Source: an uncultured bacterium (GTDB taxonomy: Bacteria; Hinthialibacterota; Hinthialibacteria; Hinthialibacterales; Hinthialibacteraceae). From it: a DNA stretch of 64,000 nt. Below the pieces are notes generated by a model. The model was given only the letters and a program-made list of their open reading frames with translations. It was not told the DNA's origin and searched no databases. Both the position numbers and the translations under genes were made by a program. Shown in pieces: positions 19,203 through 27,321 of this stretch (position 1 is the stretch's first letter; each line of letters begins with the position of its first letter). The DNA is taken from positions 31,310-95,309 of the forward strand of contig CAYQOX010000004.1 of assembly GCA_964419335.1 (NCBI GenBank), written 5' to 3'.

Positions 19203-19874
19203 TTAAACTCTTCTATGAGGGCAATTTTTGCGCTTACAATTACGACAAAGATTGCGTAGTTCCATTTCTGAATTGGCATTACATATCCCAAAAACTCCTG
19301 AAACAGATTTCGTAGGAGACATCAAATAGGTATCCGAGAGTTTGACCCCAATTTTTTCATGCGGAATGAGACCAAAGAGTTTCTTTTGTTCACGTATAGA
19401 CCAATCACAATACCCAGGACTGTAACGATAGGTCGTTGTTCGATCTTCGGGGAGTTTTTTACGGATATATTCCTGCATGTACTCGGCCGCTTCTTCAGCG
19501 GCCGCTGAAGCTACCAAATTCAATAAATACCCATAGTGTGGCCGACGTTTCATCGCTTTTTTGACTAAGTCATCGATTTCTTTTCCCACGGTAGTCAGAA
19601 ACACGGCCACCTTATCACAATCATTAAACATCTCCTTCAGATTTTTGCTGCTAAAATTCAAATCCTTTGATGATTTCTTATCTTTTTGGCTCCGAAGAGG
19701 AATAATACGGTAAATGCCTTGAGGCTTGATATGGGAAAGCACTTCCCGAATTGCTTTTTTCAATTGAGTTTTCGTTCTTTGAGAAACCTTACCATCTTCA
19801 CCCTCTAAAATTGTGTCCAACAAATGTTTTTCGGATAATTTAACTGGAATAGAGTCGATTTCTTCAACAGACAT
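19203..19874 (-). CDS. Stand-alone homolog of the methionine synthase (MetH) reactivation/AdoMet-binding domain; putative corrinoid reactivation protein
   Basis: RYSPGYCDWSIREQKKLFGLI and LMSPTKSVSGVFG resemble the MetH activation-domain blocks FGYPACPDHSEK...WEL and MWPGASVSGWYF. The C-terminus is Cys-rich. Confidence 0.55.
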   Translation of the reverse strand: MSVEEIDSIPVKLSEKHLLDTILEGEDGKVSQRTKTQLKKAIREVLSHIKPQGIYRIIPLRSQKDKKSSKDLNFSSKNLKEMFNDCDKVAVFLTTVGKEIDDLVKKAMKRRPHYGYLLNLVASAAAEEAAEYMQEYIRKKLPEDRTTTYRYSPGYCDWSIREQKKLFGLIPHEKIGVKLSDTYLMSPTKSVSGVFGICNANSEMELRNLCRNCKRKNCPHRRV

Positions 19875-20043
19875 AGCATACCATCTCCTTTAAAATTTTT
19901 TTAAAGCTTTCCTTCGTGGTATCACTCGTTATGCAAGAAGAGAAGAGAATTTTTTTTACTGTGAAGGTTTTCAAATATACGCCCTTGCGTTTGCGTATGT
20001 TCCCTCACAAACCACTATAAAACAAAATTGTGTTGAAATTCCC

Positions 20044-20078
20044 TACCGGAGAAATAATCTTCTATTATTTCTCCGGTA
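20044..20078. promoter_or_regulatory. Perfect 14-bp inverted repeat with a 5-nt spacer in the 5' region of the corrinoid methyltransferase operon
   Basis: ACCGGAGAAATAAT-CTTCT-ATTATTTCTCCGGT (15 bp with the flanking T/A). It lies about 170 nt upstream of the first gene start at 19874. Confidence 0.4.
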
Positions 20079-20304
20079 TAAAACACCTTCATAAACAACA
20101 TTCATGGAATCATTTTCATCGCTGGATGATATTATTATAATATTATCACGATGAAAGTATAGGGGTAAAAACAGTTTTGTGTGGGTTTGAACAATAAAAA
20201 TCCAATTATCGCACTGTTTTCATTAGACTTATACATATTTCGGGAATTTTAAAATAATATAGAATCCTATATGTATTTTTGATAATTGTATTCTTATTAT
20301 ACCA

Positions 20305-20344
20305 CAAGAGATAGCAAAAGCCCGTGAAGAGTGACCTTCACGGG
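20305..20344 (-). terminator. Rho-independent terminator downstream of the HEAT-repeat gene
   Basis: On the minus strand there is a CCCGTGAAG-GTCACT-CTTCACGGG hairpin followed by CTTTTGCTATCT. Confidence 0.5.
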
Positions 20345-20478
20345 CTGGTTTCATTCAGTGGTGTGACTCACCGGGCCTCGCTAGGGCCTAATCGCAAGAT
20401 AGCGAGCTTGGAAAGTATTGGAGGAGAGGAACATAATCATCTAAATAAATATTCCTTATTATGATTATTATGAATGCT

Positions 20479-21396
20479 TCAAGTTTGAGCTAAGGCGGCC
20501 AAGTTTTTCTTTGCGGTTTCTGCTACTTGTTGATTCTCACTTTTTACGCATTGTTTCAACAACTTGGACGCTTCCTCGCTGCCAATGGTACCTAAGGTCT
20601 GTACCATAACGATCTGTTTATCGGTAGAGAGATCATCAAGGACATCCGCGATTGCCTTCACCACGGCATCACTTTTCATTTCTTGAGCCGTAAGCGCTGC
20701 GGCTTGCACCATAGAAAAATCATTGCCTTGAATCGCCTTGATCAGCGTCGGGATTCCTTGTTTTCCTTGGAGCAATACAACACCTCTCAGGCTTCCAGCC
20801 CGAACTTGATGAGGGACCTCGTCGAGAGTGAGTAAATGATTATAAATCTTCAGAGCGATATTTTTCTTCTTTTTAGAGAAGAGTGCCTCGGCACAACGAA
20901 GTAATCCTTCGAAAATATCAACCCGATTTTCTTTATTAGCATCCTCTAGGGCATTCATCAAATCCTTGGAAGCGCGTTCAGTTCCAATAGAACCCAAAGC
21001 ACGGGCAGCGGCACTTTTTATTTTGGAATCTTCGCATTTCAAATGTTCCGCGACAAGTTGATCGGCCTTTTCATCGCGCCGAAATCCTACGGAGCCAATA
21101 ACGCCAACAAGCGGCAATCCTTTAACTTTTTTCAATGCTTCACGCAAGACTTCATCCACAGCAGGATCAGGGTTGGGCTCCAACCCATAGCGAGCCATAT
21201 GCGATAATTCTTCATCGTCCAATAATTGGGCCAACGGTTTGATGGATTTCTTCGTACCGATAACCCCCAACTCCCGGCAAGCATCGACTTTGTCTTTTCG
21301 TGAAGCCTCAGAGGATTGTAAAACCGCAATCAATTGCTCTTCTTTATCGTTCTCTGTGGCTGCATGTAATGCAGCTTGTAATTTTGTTTGTTTCAT
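20479..21396 (-). CDS. HEAT/PBS-lyase-type repeat protein
   Basis: It has repeated ~30-aa units (ACRELGVIGTKKSIKPLAQLL, AARALGSIGTERASKDLMNAL, VQTLGTIGSEEASKLL). Confidence 0.6.
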   Translation of the reverse strand: MKQTKLQAALHAATENDKEEQLIAVLQSSEASRKDKVDACRELGVIGTKKSIKPLAQLLDDEELSHMARYGLEPNPDPAVDEVLREALKKVKGLPLVGVIGSVGFRRDEKADQLVAEHLKCEDSKIKSAAARALGSIGTERASKDLMNALEDANKENRVDIFEGLLRCAEALFSKKKKNIALKIYNHLLTLDEVPHQVRAGSLRGVVLLQGKQGIPTLIKAIQGNDFSMVQAAALTAQEMKSDAVVKAIADVLDDLSTDKQIVMVQTLGTIGSEEASKLLKQCVKSENQQVAETAKKNLAALAQT

Positions 21397-21417
21397 GAGA
21401 AATCTCCTTCTCGTCCT

Positions 21418-22743
21418 TTATATAATCCACGGTTCACGTTGAGCGCGTGAACGCAGGCGATTGGCTTGAGGATCATCGATAAATTCTTCCTTCACTGGGT
21501 CATAGCGCATATCCCTTTTGAGCCACATGCAAATATTGGCCGCATGGACAGTGGTCATGGAGTTATGCATCATCACAGGATTGGCCACCGTTTGTCGCCG
21601 GGATTTAATGCAATCCAAGAGATTGCGCCAATGATTCATAGGACGTTGGGTGCGTTGCATATAATTATTGACCAGTTTATCGAAATCCTTCAACATTTCA
21701 GAATCGGACACATCAGGCTTTTCATATCCATCAGCGATCGATACCCATCCATCTGTGCCAACATAACGAACTCCGCAGGATCCTTCCCAGCCTTCCAAGG
21801 CCAAGACCATTTTTATTCCATTTTTAAAATGAACCGTCATTCCATCTCCTGTAGGGTTATCTACATAGTTATATTCCACCGGAGAAGTATCCCAAGCGTC
21901 GATCGCCACTTGGCATTGTGCGAAGGTGTGGGCACCCCATTCCCCAATACAGCTGGTATGAAAATCATAATGCCCACGCCATCCGCCTTTGATGTATTGT
22001 TCATTGAAGGGACGCCAGGGACAGGGACCCAACCACGCATCCCAATCGACTTCCTCTTCAGGCGGTAGGGATTGTTCAGGAAGCCAATCATGGGTCATCA
22101 TCGCATCATGCCAGGGAGCGATGTGGGCATATACGGTGTGCACATCACCTAAGCGTCCGGTTCGAACGAGTTCATTTGCGAATGTAAAATTGGCCTCGCT
22201 TAAACGTTGTGTCCCGGTTTGGTAAACGCGTCCATGCCGAGCGGCTGTTTCAACAACCGCCTGCCCCTCCGCGATGGTCATGCTAGAAGGTTTTTCGGTA
22301 TAAATATCTTTCCCCGCGCGCATCGCCATGATCGACGCGACTGCATGCCAACGATCGCCCGTCGCGATCAGAACCGCGTCGATATCGGTGCGTTCCTCCA
22401 AGAATTCACGAATATCGCTGTAGAGTTTACAGTCAGTATTATCATAGCGAGCATCCACAATCTTTTTCACTTCTTCCCGTCTTGATTTTTGTGGATCACA
22501 ATTGGCGACAAAACGCAAGTCATCTTCTTGCAAAAACTTCCGCATGTCATATTGACCACGCCCGCCAATACCGATTCCCCCCATGATGATCTTTTCATTG
22601 GGTGGAACGGCTCCATGTCGCCCTAGCACGCTGGTAGGAAGAACAAGAGGAGCCATGGCAATTGCACCGACCTGAGCACTTGTCTTAATAAACTGGCGAC
22701 GATTGGGTTGCAACGGTTTCTTCGAATGTTTCGATTCGGTCAT
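21418..22743 (-). CDS. Gfo/Idh/MocA family oxidoreductase with Tat signal peptide
   Basis: It has a Tat leader (NRRQFIKTSAQVGAIAMA). The GFO fold motifs are present. Confidence 0.8.
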   Translation of the reverse strand: MTESKHSKKPLQPNRRQFIKTSAQVGAIAMAPLVLPTSVLGRHGAVPPNEKIIMGGIGIGGRGQYDMRKFLQEDDLRFVANCDPQKSRREEVKKIVDARYDNTDCKLYSDIREFLEERTDIDAVLIATGDRWHAVASIMAMRAGKDIYTEKPSSMTIAEGQAVVETAARHGRVYQTGTQRLSEANFTFANELVRTGRLGDVHTVYAHIAPWHDAMMTHDWLPEQSLPPEEEVDWDAWLGPCPWRPFNEQYIKGGWRGHYDFHTSCIGEWGAHTFAQCQVAIDAWDTSPVEYNYVDNPTGDGMTVHFKNGIKMVLALEGWEGSCGVRYVGTDGWVSIADGYEKPDVSDSEMLKDFDKLVNNYMQRTQRPMNHWRNLLDCIKSRRQTVANPVMMHNSMTTVHAANICMWLKRDMRYDPVKEEFIDDPQANRLRSRAQREPWII

Positions 22744-22920
22744 TGGATAGCCTCCAAACTTTGGCTTTGGTATTTTTTTCGGGTGTGATTATCAAAACAA
22801 GTTCCCAATTCTTTCACGAGCCGTTTAAACCAGAAACAAGGCATAACAATCCCACCCAAACGATCATAACAAATTATTCAAAGACAAATAAAGCGGTAAG
22901 ATACTCATGGAGCCAAATTA

Positions 22921-22958
22921 ATAAAAAAAGCCTGCAAGGGATTTTCACCCTTAGGCTT
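22921..22958 (-). terminator. Intrinsic-terminator-like hairpin plus U-tract on the minus strand in an intergenic region
   Basis: Read on the minus strand there is an AAGCCTAAGGG-TGAAAAT-CCCTTGCAGGCTT hairpin followed by TTTTTTTAT. Confidence 0.4.
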
Positions 22959-23130
22959 CAATCAATTGACAAACACACAATTCCCTTCCCCGCAAGATCA
23001 TGAGGGAACGCAGCCGCGGTCTATCAGAGACCGCTTTAAGAATTGGAAGTACACTCGATATTTTATTTCTATATTTCGTCATATAACGTAATGCAGTCTC
23101 TTGCTCGATAGGGTCAACATGAGACCCTCT

Positions 23131-23166
23131 GTTTTTATAAAAAAAACGGAGACCTATAGCCTCCGT
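23131..23166 (-). terminator. Rho-independent terminator of the DUF1080 gene
   Basis: On the minus strand there is an ACGGAGGCTATAGGTCTCCGT hairpin followed by TTTTTTTTT, about 30 nt after the stop at 23197. On the plus strand, GGGTCAACATGAGACCC plus TCTGTTTTT lies just upstream, giving terminator-like structures on both strands. Confidence 0.65.
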
Positions 23167-23196
23167 CATTCTACCAATGGGAAAAAGGTGAATCGA

Positions 23197-24003
23197 TTAT
23201 TTCAGTGGTAAAATCTCCACTTTACGAAACTCCACCGGATGACTTTCCGATTGGAGCGAGATATAGCCTTCGTGAATCATCGTATCTTTTTCATCAATAT
23301 TAGCGACTTCTATATAATGCTTCGTATTGTTGTCGCTTGTATCCAACTGAGGTTTTTCGTACTGCAACACCACGTCATCATCGATAATATGCTTGATGAC
23401 TTCATTCCCGTGCACTTCCACCATAACCGTCACCCATTGATCCCCATGATAAGTCTCTGAGGATGAAGAAGTACAATGCTGGGTGATTAACTCGCCCTCC
23501 ATCTCCACATGGGTTCCCGGAGTGCACAGGTTGCCGGTCGTGCGCTCGCCAGAGCCACCTCCACCCAAGAGTTGCACTTCAATACTCACAGGGAAGTCCT
23601 GATCCTTGGTCATCGTTTTTGGCGGCTGGCAATGAAGCATGATCCCGCTGTTGCGAAACGCCCATCCCGCGCCATCTTCCATTTGCTCACCGATGAATCG
23701 ATATTCTACCCGCAATAAATAATGCGAAAATTTTTCCTTATAAAAAATATGGCCAAAACGGTTATTAAATTGATCATACTCATCGTACGACACTTTCAAC
23801 AAACCATCTTCAACCCGGAACGTGTTCTTGTAATTGTCGCCCAATTCGTGGTTACGAATTTTAACTTTCCAATCCTTCAAATCCTTGCCATTGAAAAGCG
23901 GGATCCAGTCCTTCTCTTCTTCATTGGCGAAGGTTCCCAAAGAAACCGAAAAAATCAGAGCGAAAACCAAGACACCTACAAATATTGAATATTTCTTTTG
24001 CAT
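23197..24003 (-). CDS. Secreted DUF1080 (3-keto-disaccharide hydrolase-like) domain protein
   Basis: There is an AGGAGA RBS before the ATG at 24003. The signal peptide is MQKKYSIFVGVLVFALIFSVSLGTFA. The IPLFNGKDLKDWKV motif is typical of DUF1080. Confidence 0.6.
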   Translation of the reverse strand: MQKKYSIFVGVLVFALIFSVSLGTFANEEEKDWIPLFNGKDLKDWKVKIRNHELGDNYKNTFRVEDGLLKVSYDEYDQFNNRFGHIFYKEKFSHYLLRVEYRFIGEQMEDGAGWAFRNSGIMLHCQPPKTMTKDQDFPVSIEVQLLGGGGSGERTTGNLCTPGTHVEMEGELITQHCTSSSSETYHGDQWVTVMVEVHGNEVIKHIIDDDVVLQYEKPQLDTSDNNTKHYIEVANIDEKDTMIHEGYISLQSESHPVEFRKVEILPLK

Positions 24004-24098
24004 ATTCTCTTCTCCTAATAAAATTAGCCTATTCTGCGGCAAGACCTGCGTTTTCAGGAAAAATCCCCAGTGGGAAAACACCGGATTGTCCCTGCCGA

Positions 24099-25493
24099 TT
24101 ATTCCTTTAAACGATTGATACGAGACTCAACCAAGGTTGAAAGACTCCCTCCGAATTCATGGATCATTTCCATTATCATTCGTTGTTCATATTCCAAGGG
24201 AGTATCCATCAATTGTTTGGACATTTCTAATATCCCATGAATCGGCGTTTGTATATCACTCGACACACTTTGCAATTCTTCTAATTGCTGTCTGTTATTT
24301 TCCTCGACTTTTTTTTGTTCTTCCATTAAGGAACTAATATCATGACAATTCAAGATCACCCCTTGATATTCATCACCTTTATAAATGGCCTGAATGTTGA
24401 TCATACACTGCCGATCGCCTATATTGGCATAAAGTATGGGCTTATTATCTTGATCCACATGTTTAAGTTCGTACAAAGTGGCATAAAGATCAAGGCCAAA
24501 GATTTCTCTAACCAATTGTGTGAGGGAATAATTTTTTAAAAATTCTTTCGGAGTTTGCATCAAATCAAGGATCCATTGGTTGATTTCAATAATCCGATCC
24601 TCTTGATCCGCAAGAATAACCCCTTCATCCATACGATTCACAATCGAATGAAGAATCGCGGTTTGTGATTCCAAAGCCAGTTGATGTTCGCGGATTTTCT
24701 TTTCGTTTTCCTTTCGCTCGGTAATATCTCTTGCAATGAGCGCAAAATATTCCCCTGTATCCAAACAGACATAGGCATAAGAAAGATCGACATGCAATCG
24801 GTTTTGGGAGGTATCGATCAAGGTTTTCTCTTCCGTAACCGTTTTATTCAGCAAAATATTTTGATAAATATCATACCATTTCATCCCGCGATATTCAGCG
24901 ACGATCTCCTTTAAAGGAAGCGAAAGAAGCGCTTCCCGCGAAAACCCTAACTTTTCATAGGCAGAACGATTGCAATCAACGATCGTGCCTTCTCTAGCAT
25001 TGATGATAAAAATAAGATCATGGCTCAAATCTAAAATGGCTTGAAACTCTTTATTCGCGCGTTCAAAATCTTTAAGCGTTTTTTCACGTTCGAGCTGACT
25101 TTGAACTTGGATCTCACGATTTTCATGAAACCCTGCGGCTCTGCTTAATTTCTGTTCAATTGAATCAATTGTCATTTGGTGCTTTTGAACATAGTCAAAA
25201 ATACCTTGTTTGATCGCTTCTACCGCTTCTTCCACTTCGGCATAACCTGTGAGAATCAAAATCGCCGCGGTGGGTTCTTTTTGTAAAATATGCTGTGCTA
25301 GTTCAACCCCCGCCGGACCTGGCATAACAACATCGACAATACAAATTTGGAAGTGATGATTTTCAAGCAATTGGAGTGCCTGTTTTCCATCTTCAGCTTC
25401 CATATAGTTCCATTGCAACCCCTCACAAATTCTCGATAATAATCCACGAATCATCTCATCATCATCGGCAATGAGTACAGAATAAGTGTCCAT
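24099..25493 (-). CDS. Response-regulator receiver + PAS domains + C-terminal DHp (HisKA)-like helix, with no ATP-binding kinase domain
   Basis: The REC domain has LIADDD...IVDVVMPG...K. There is an internal PAS-like region. The C-terminus has SSDIQTPIHGILEMSKQL (H-box-like, but the canonical His position is Ser/Asp). The protein ends without N/G1/G2 boxes. The ATG at 25493 is preceded by GAGGTGG. Confidence 0.6.
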   Translation of the reverse strand: MDTYSVLIADDDEMIRGLLSRICEGLQWNYMEAEDGKQALQLLENHHFQICIVDVVMPGPAGVELAQHILQKEPTAAILILTGYAEVEEAVEAIKQGIFDYVQKHQMTIDSIEQKLSRAAGFHENREIQVQSQLEREKTLKDFERANKEFQAILDLSHDLIFIINAREGTIVDCNRSAYEKLGFSREALLSLPLKEIVAEYRGMKWYDIYQNILLNKTVTEEKTLIDTSQNRLHVDLSYAYVCLDTGEYFALIARDITERKENEKKIREHQLALESQTAILHSIVNRMDEGVILADQEDRIIEINQWILDLMQTPKEFLKNYSLTQLVREIFGLDLYATLYELKHVDQDNKPILYANIGDRQCMINIQAIYKGDEYQGVILNCHDISSLMEEQKKVEENNRQQLEELQSVSSDIQTPIHGILEMSKQLMDTPLEYEQRMIMEMIHEFGGSLSTLVESRINRLKE

Positions 25494-25536
25494 AATCCAC
25501 CTCAATCGACTTTATGAAATTTCTTGGATGCAATAC

Positions 25537-27321
25537 TTAGGACTTTTTGTTTTTTAGTTTCGTTATGATTTCTGTGGCTTTTTCCCATAGCCCCTGCTCC
25601 GCATAGAAAGCCGCCATTTCTTCTAGCAAGGCAGAATTGTCTTTCTGCAAGGCTAAGGCATGTTCATACGCTGCTTGGGCTTCTTCGTTGTGATGCTTTT
25701 TACGATGAGCACGTGCCAACAAAAGATGAACTTGAAACTCTTGGGGATTAATGTTTCGCGCTTGCTCTAATTGGGCAATGGCTTCATTGGTTTTGTTCAA
25801 CGCCAGTAGAGATTGACTTACAGAAAGTAAAAGAGAAACCGATTTAGGATTCTTAGCCAGAACCGGTTGCAACGTATCCAACGCCTCCTGCCACTGTTCT
25901 AACTCCACATAAATAGTTCCTAACAAAATGATCAAGGAAAGGGACTGGGGCTGTGCCTTAATTCCCTCTTGTAAAACCTGGATCGCTTCATGAGGAAGTT
26001 CCAACTGCCGATAGGTAATCGCTAAATATTGGAAAATTGAAACCTCCGGATTTCCGTTTTCCATCAAATGTGTGAGTGAGGGAATGGCCTTATCCCATTC
26101 CTTTAAATGTACATAAGAGAGCGCAAGGGATTTGACGCACTCCCAATCTTCTTTTTGCTTTTGAACATAACTTTCCAACGCTTCGGGTACACGGGAAAAA
26201 AGTTTTTGTTCAAAAAGAATTCTTCCCCATTCTCTCCGGTAGGATACATGGTCGGGAAAAGCACGCACCAATACTTCATACGCATTCGAGGCTTGTTTCA
26301 GGTTCCCATTCTTATACCAATAATCGGCTAAGCGTTTACGCAACGAATGATCCTCAGGACATAATCGTAACACTTCAGCCAAAGCCGTGTAAGCATTTTT
26401 TTCATCTCGTTGACGAAAGAAGACATTGGCAAGAGTGCGATACGTTTCTGGTTCCTCTTTGTATAAATACAAGGCATAACAAAGTTCAGAAACCGCCTGT
26501 TTGTATTTCCCCTGCTTGAAATACTGACGGGCTGTTTTACGAGTCTGCGAATGGACCACCCGTGCGGCTCCCCGGTTGGCTCTCACCAATTTTTCGATCA
26601 GATTTTTGTAAAAAGCCACACGTTTTTCATACGGGTTGCCATCTTTGGTTCTTTCCTGGCTGAGCCGGATAATTTGGCGCTTTTGTTGATCTTCTAACGT
26701 TGTCAAACAGGCCATAAACAAGTTACGAACACTTTCCTCATTTTCCAAATCATTCGAAATATTGGTTTCAATGGTATCAAAATACCCCAGAAGATCATCC
26801 ATCACGAAATCCAAATCATTCCTTACTTTGTAGGCTACCTGGCGCATACGAGCCAAGGATATCGTATTTTGGTGATCGAGTTTTTCTTCCACTTCGGCCG
26901 AGGAAAAATGATCCAGAGTTTTTTCCATTTTTTGGAGCAACTTTTTTTTCTCAAGAAACACTTGCATGCGTTCCATGAACGTATGCATGATTTGTTCAGT
27001 TTTCTGAGAAATCACCCGCTTGGTTTGCAGAGTACACAATTGATTATTATATCGCGTTATGAGGGACTCGATCTCATTGGCATAGCCATCCCGGCATAAT
27101 CGCTTAAATTCTTGCTGAAATTCCTTGCGTTCATCCGATTTGCGACTGGCCGTTTGAATCGATTTACGCAGCGATTGCAATAATTCCGTACGCTTCTGCC
27201 CGGATTGCAAACGTTCTCTCTCGGCACGCCGGAGATCATCCTGATACTCCTGCAGATCAGCGCTCGATACGAGAGTATCTTCCTTAAGAGCATCGGTGAT
27301 AGAATGAGATGAATCGTTCAT
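25537..27321 (-). CDS. TPR-repeat protein with a ~300-aa N-terminal coiled-coil/unknown region
   Basis: It has at least 8 TPR-like units (YYKNGNLKQASNAYEVLVRAFP..., AIQVLQEGIKAQPQ...). It overlaps the upstream gene by 4 nt. Confidence 0.6.
   Translation of the reverse strand: MNDSSHSITDALKEDTLVSSADLQEYQDDLRRAERERLQSGQKRTELLQSLRKSIQTASRKSDERKEFQQEFKRLCRDGYANEIESLITRYNNQLCTLQTKRVISQKTEQIMHTFMERMQVFLEKKKLLQKMEKTLDHFSSAEVEEKLDHQNTISLARMRQVAYKVRNDLDFVMDDLLGYFDTIETNISNDLENEESVRNLFMACLTTLEDQQKRQIIRLSQERTKDGNPYEKRVAFYKNLIEKLVRANRGAARVVHSQTRKTARQYFKQGKYKQAVSELCYALYLYKEEPETYRTLANVFFRQRDEKNAYTALAEVLRLCPEDHSLRKRLADYWYKNGNLKQASNAYEVLVRAFPDHVSYRREWGRILFEQKLFSRVPEALESYVQKQKEDWECVKSLALSYVHLKEWDKAIPSLTHLMENGNPEVSIFQYLAITYRQLELPHEAIQVLQEGIKAQPQSLSLIILLGTIYVELEQWQEALDTLQPVLAKNPKSVSLLLSVSQSLLALNKTNEAIAQLEQARNINPQEFQVHLLLARAHRKKHHNEEAQAAYEHALALQKDNSALLEEMAAFYAEQGLWEKATEIITKLKNKKS

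Noticed and set aside
19875-20320. Cobalamin riboswitch upstream of the corrinoid operon
   Set aside because: I could not find the B12-box (GCCACTG on the transcribed strand). The region is mostly AT-rich promoter-like sequence. Only a perfect palindrome stands out, and it is reported separately.
22743-23003. 86-aa ORF 22743-23003 (+) in the intergenic region
   Set aside because: It starts on the complement of the start codon of the minus-strand gene and has no RBS or domain. The region is better explained by non-coding hairpins.
25494-25505. Upstream TTG/GTG start extensions, for example MRWIM at 25505, MKNYKQEEEC at 11264 and MFSHW... at 24081
   Set aside because: In each case an ATG with a good Shine-Dalgarno lies a few codons downstream. 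It yields a canonical N-terminus, namely a receiver domain or a signal peptide.
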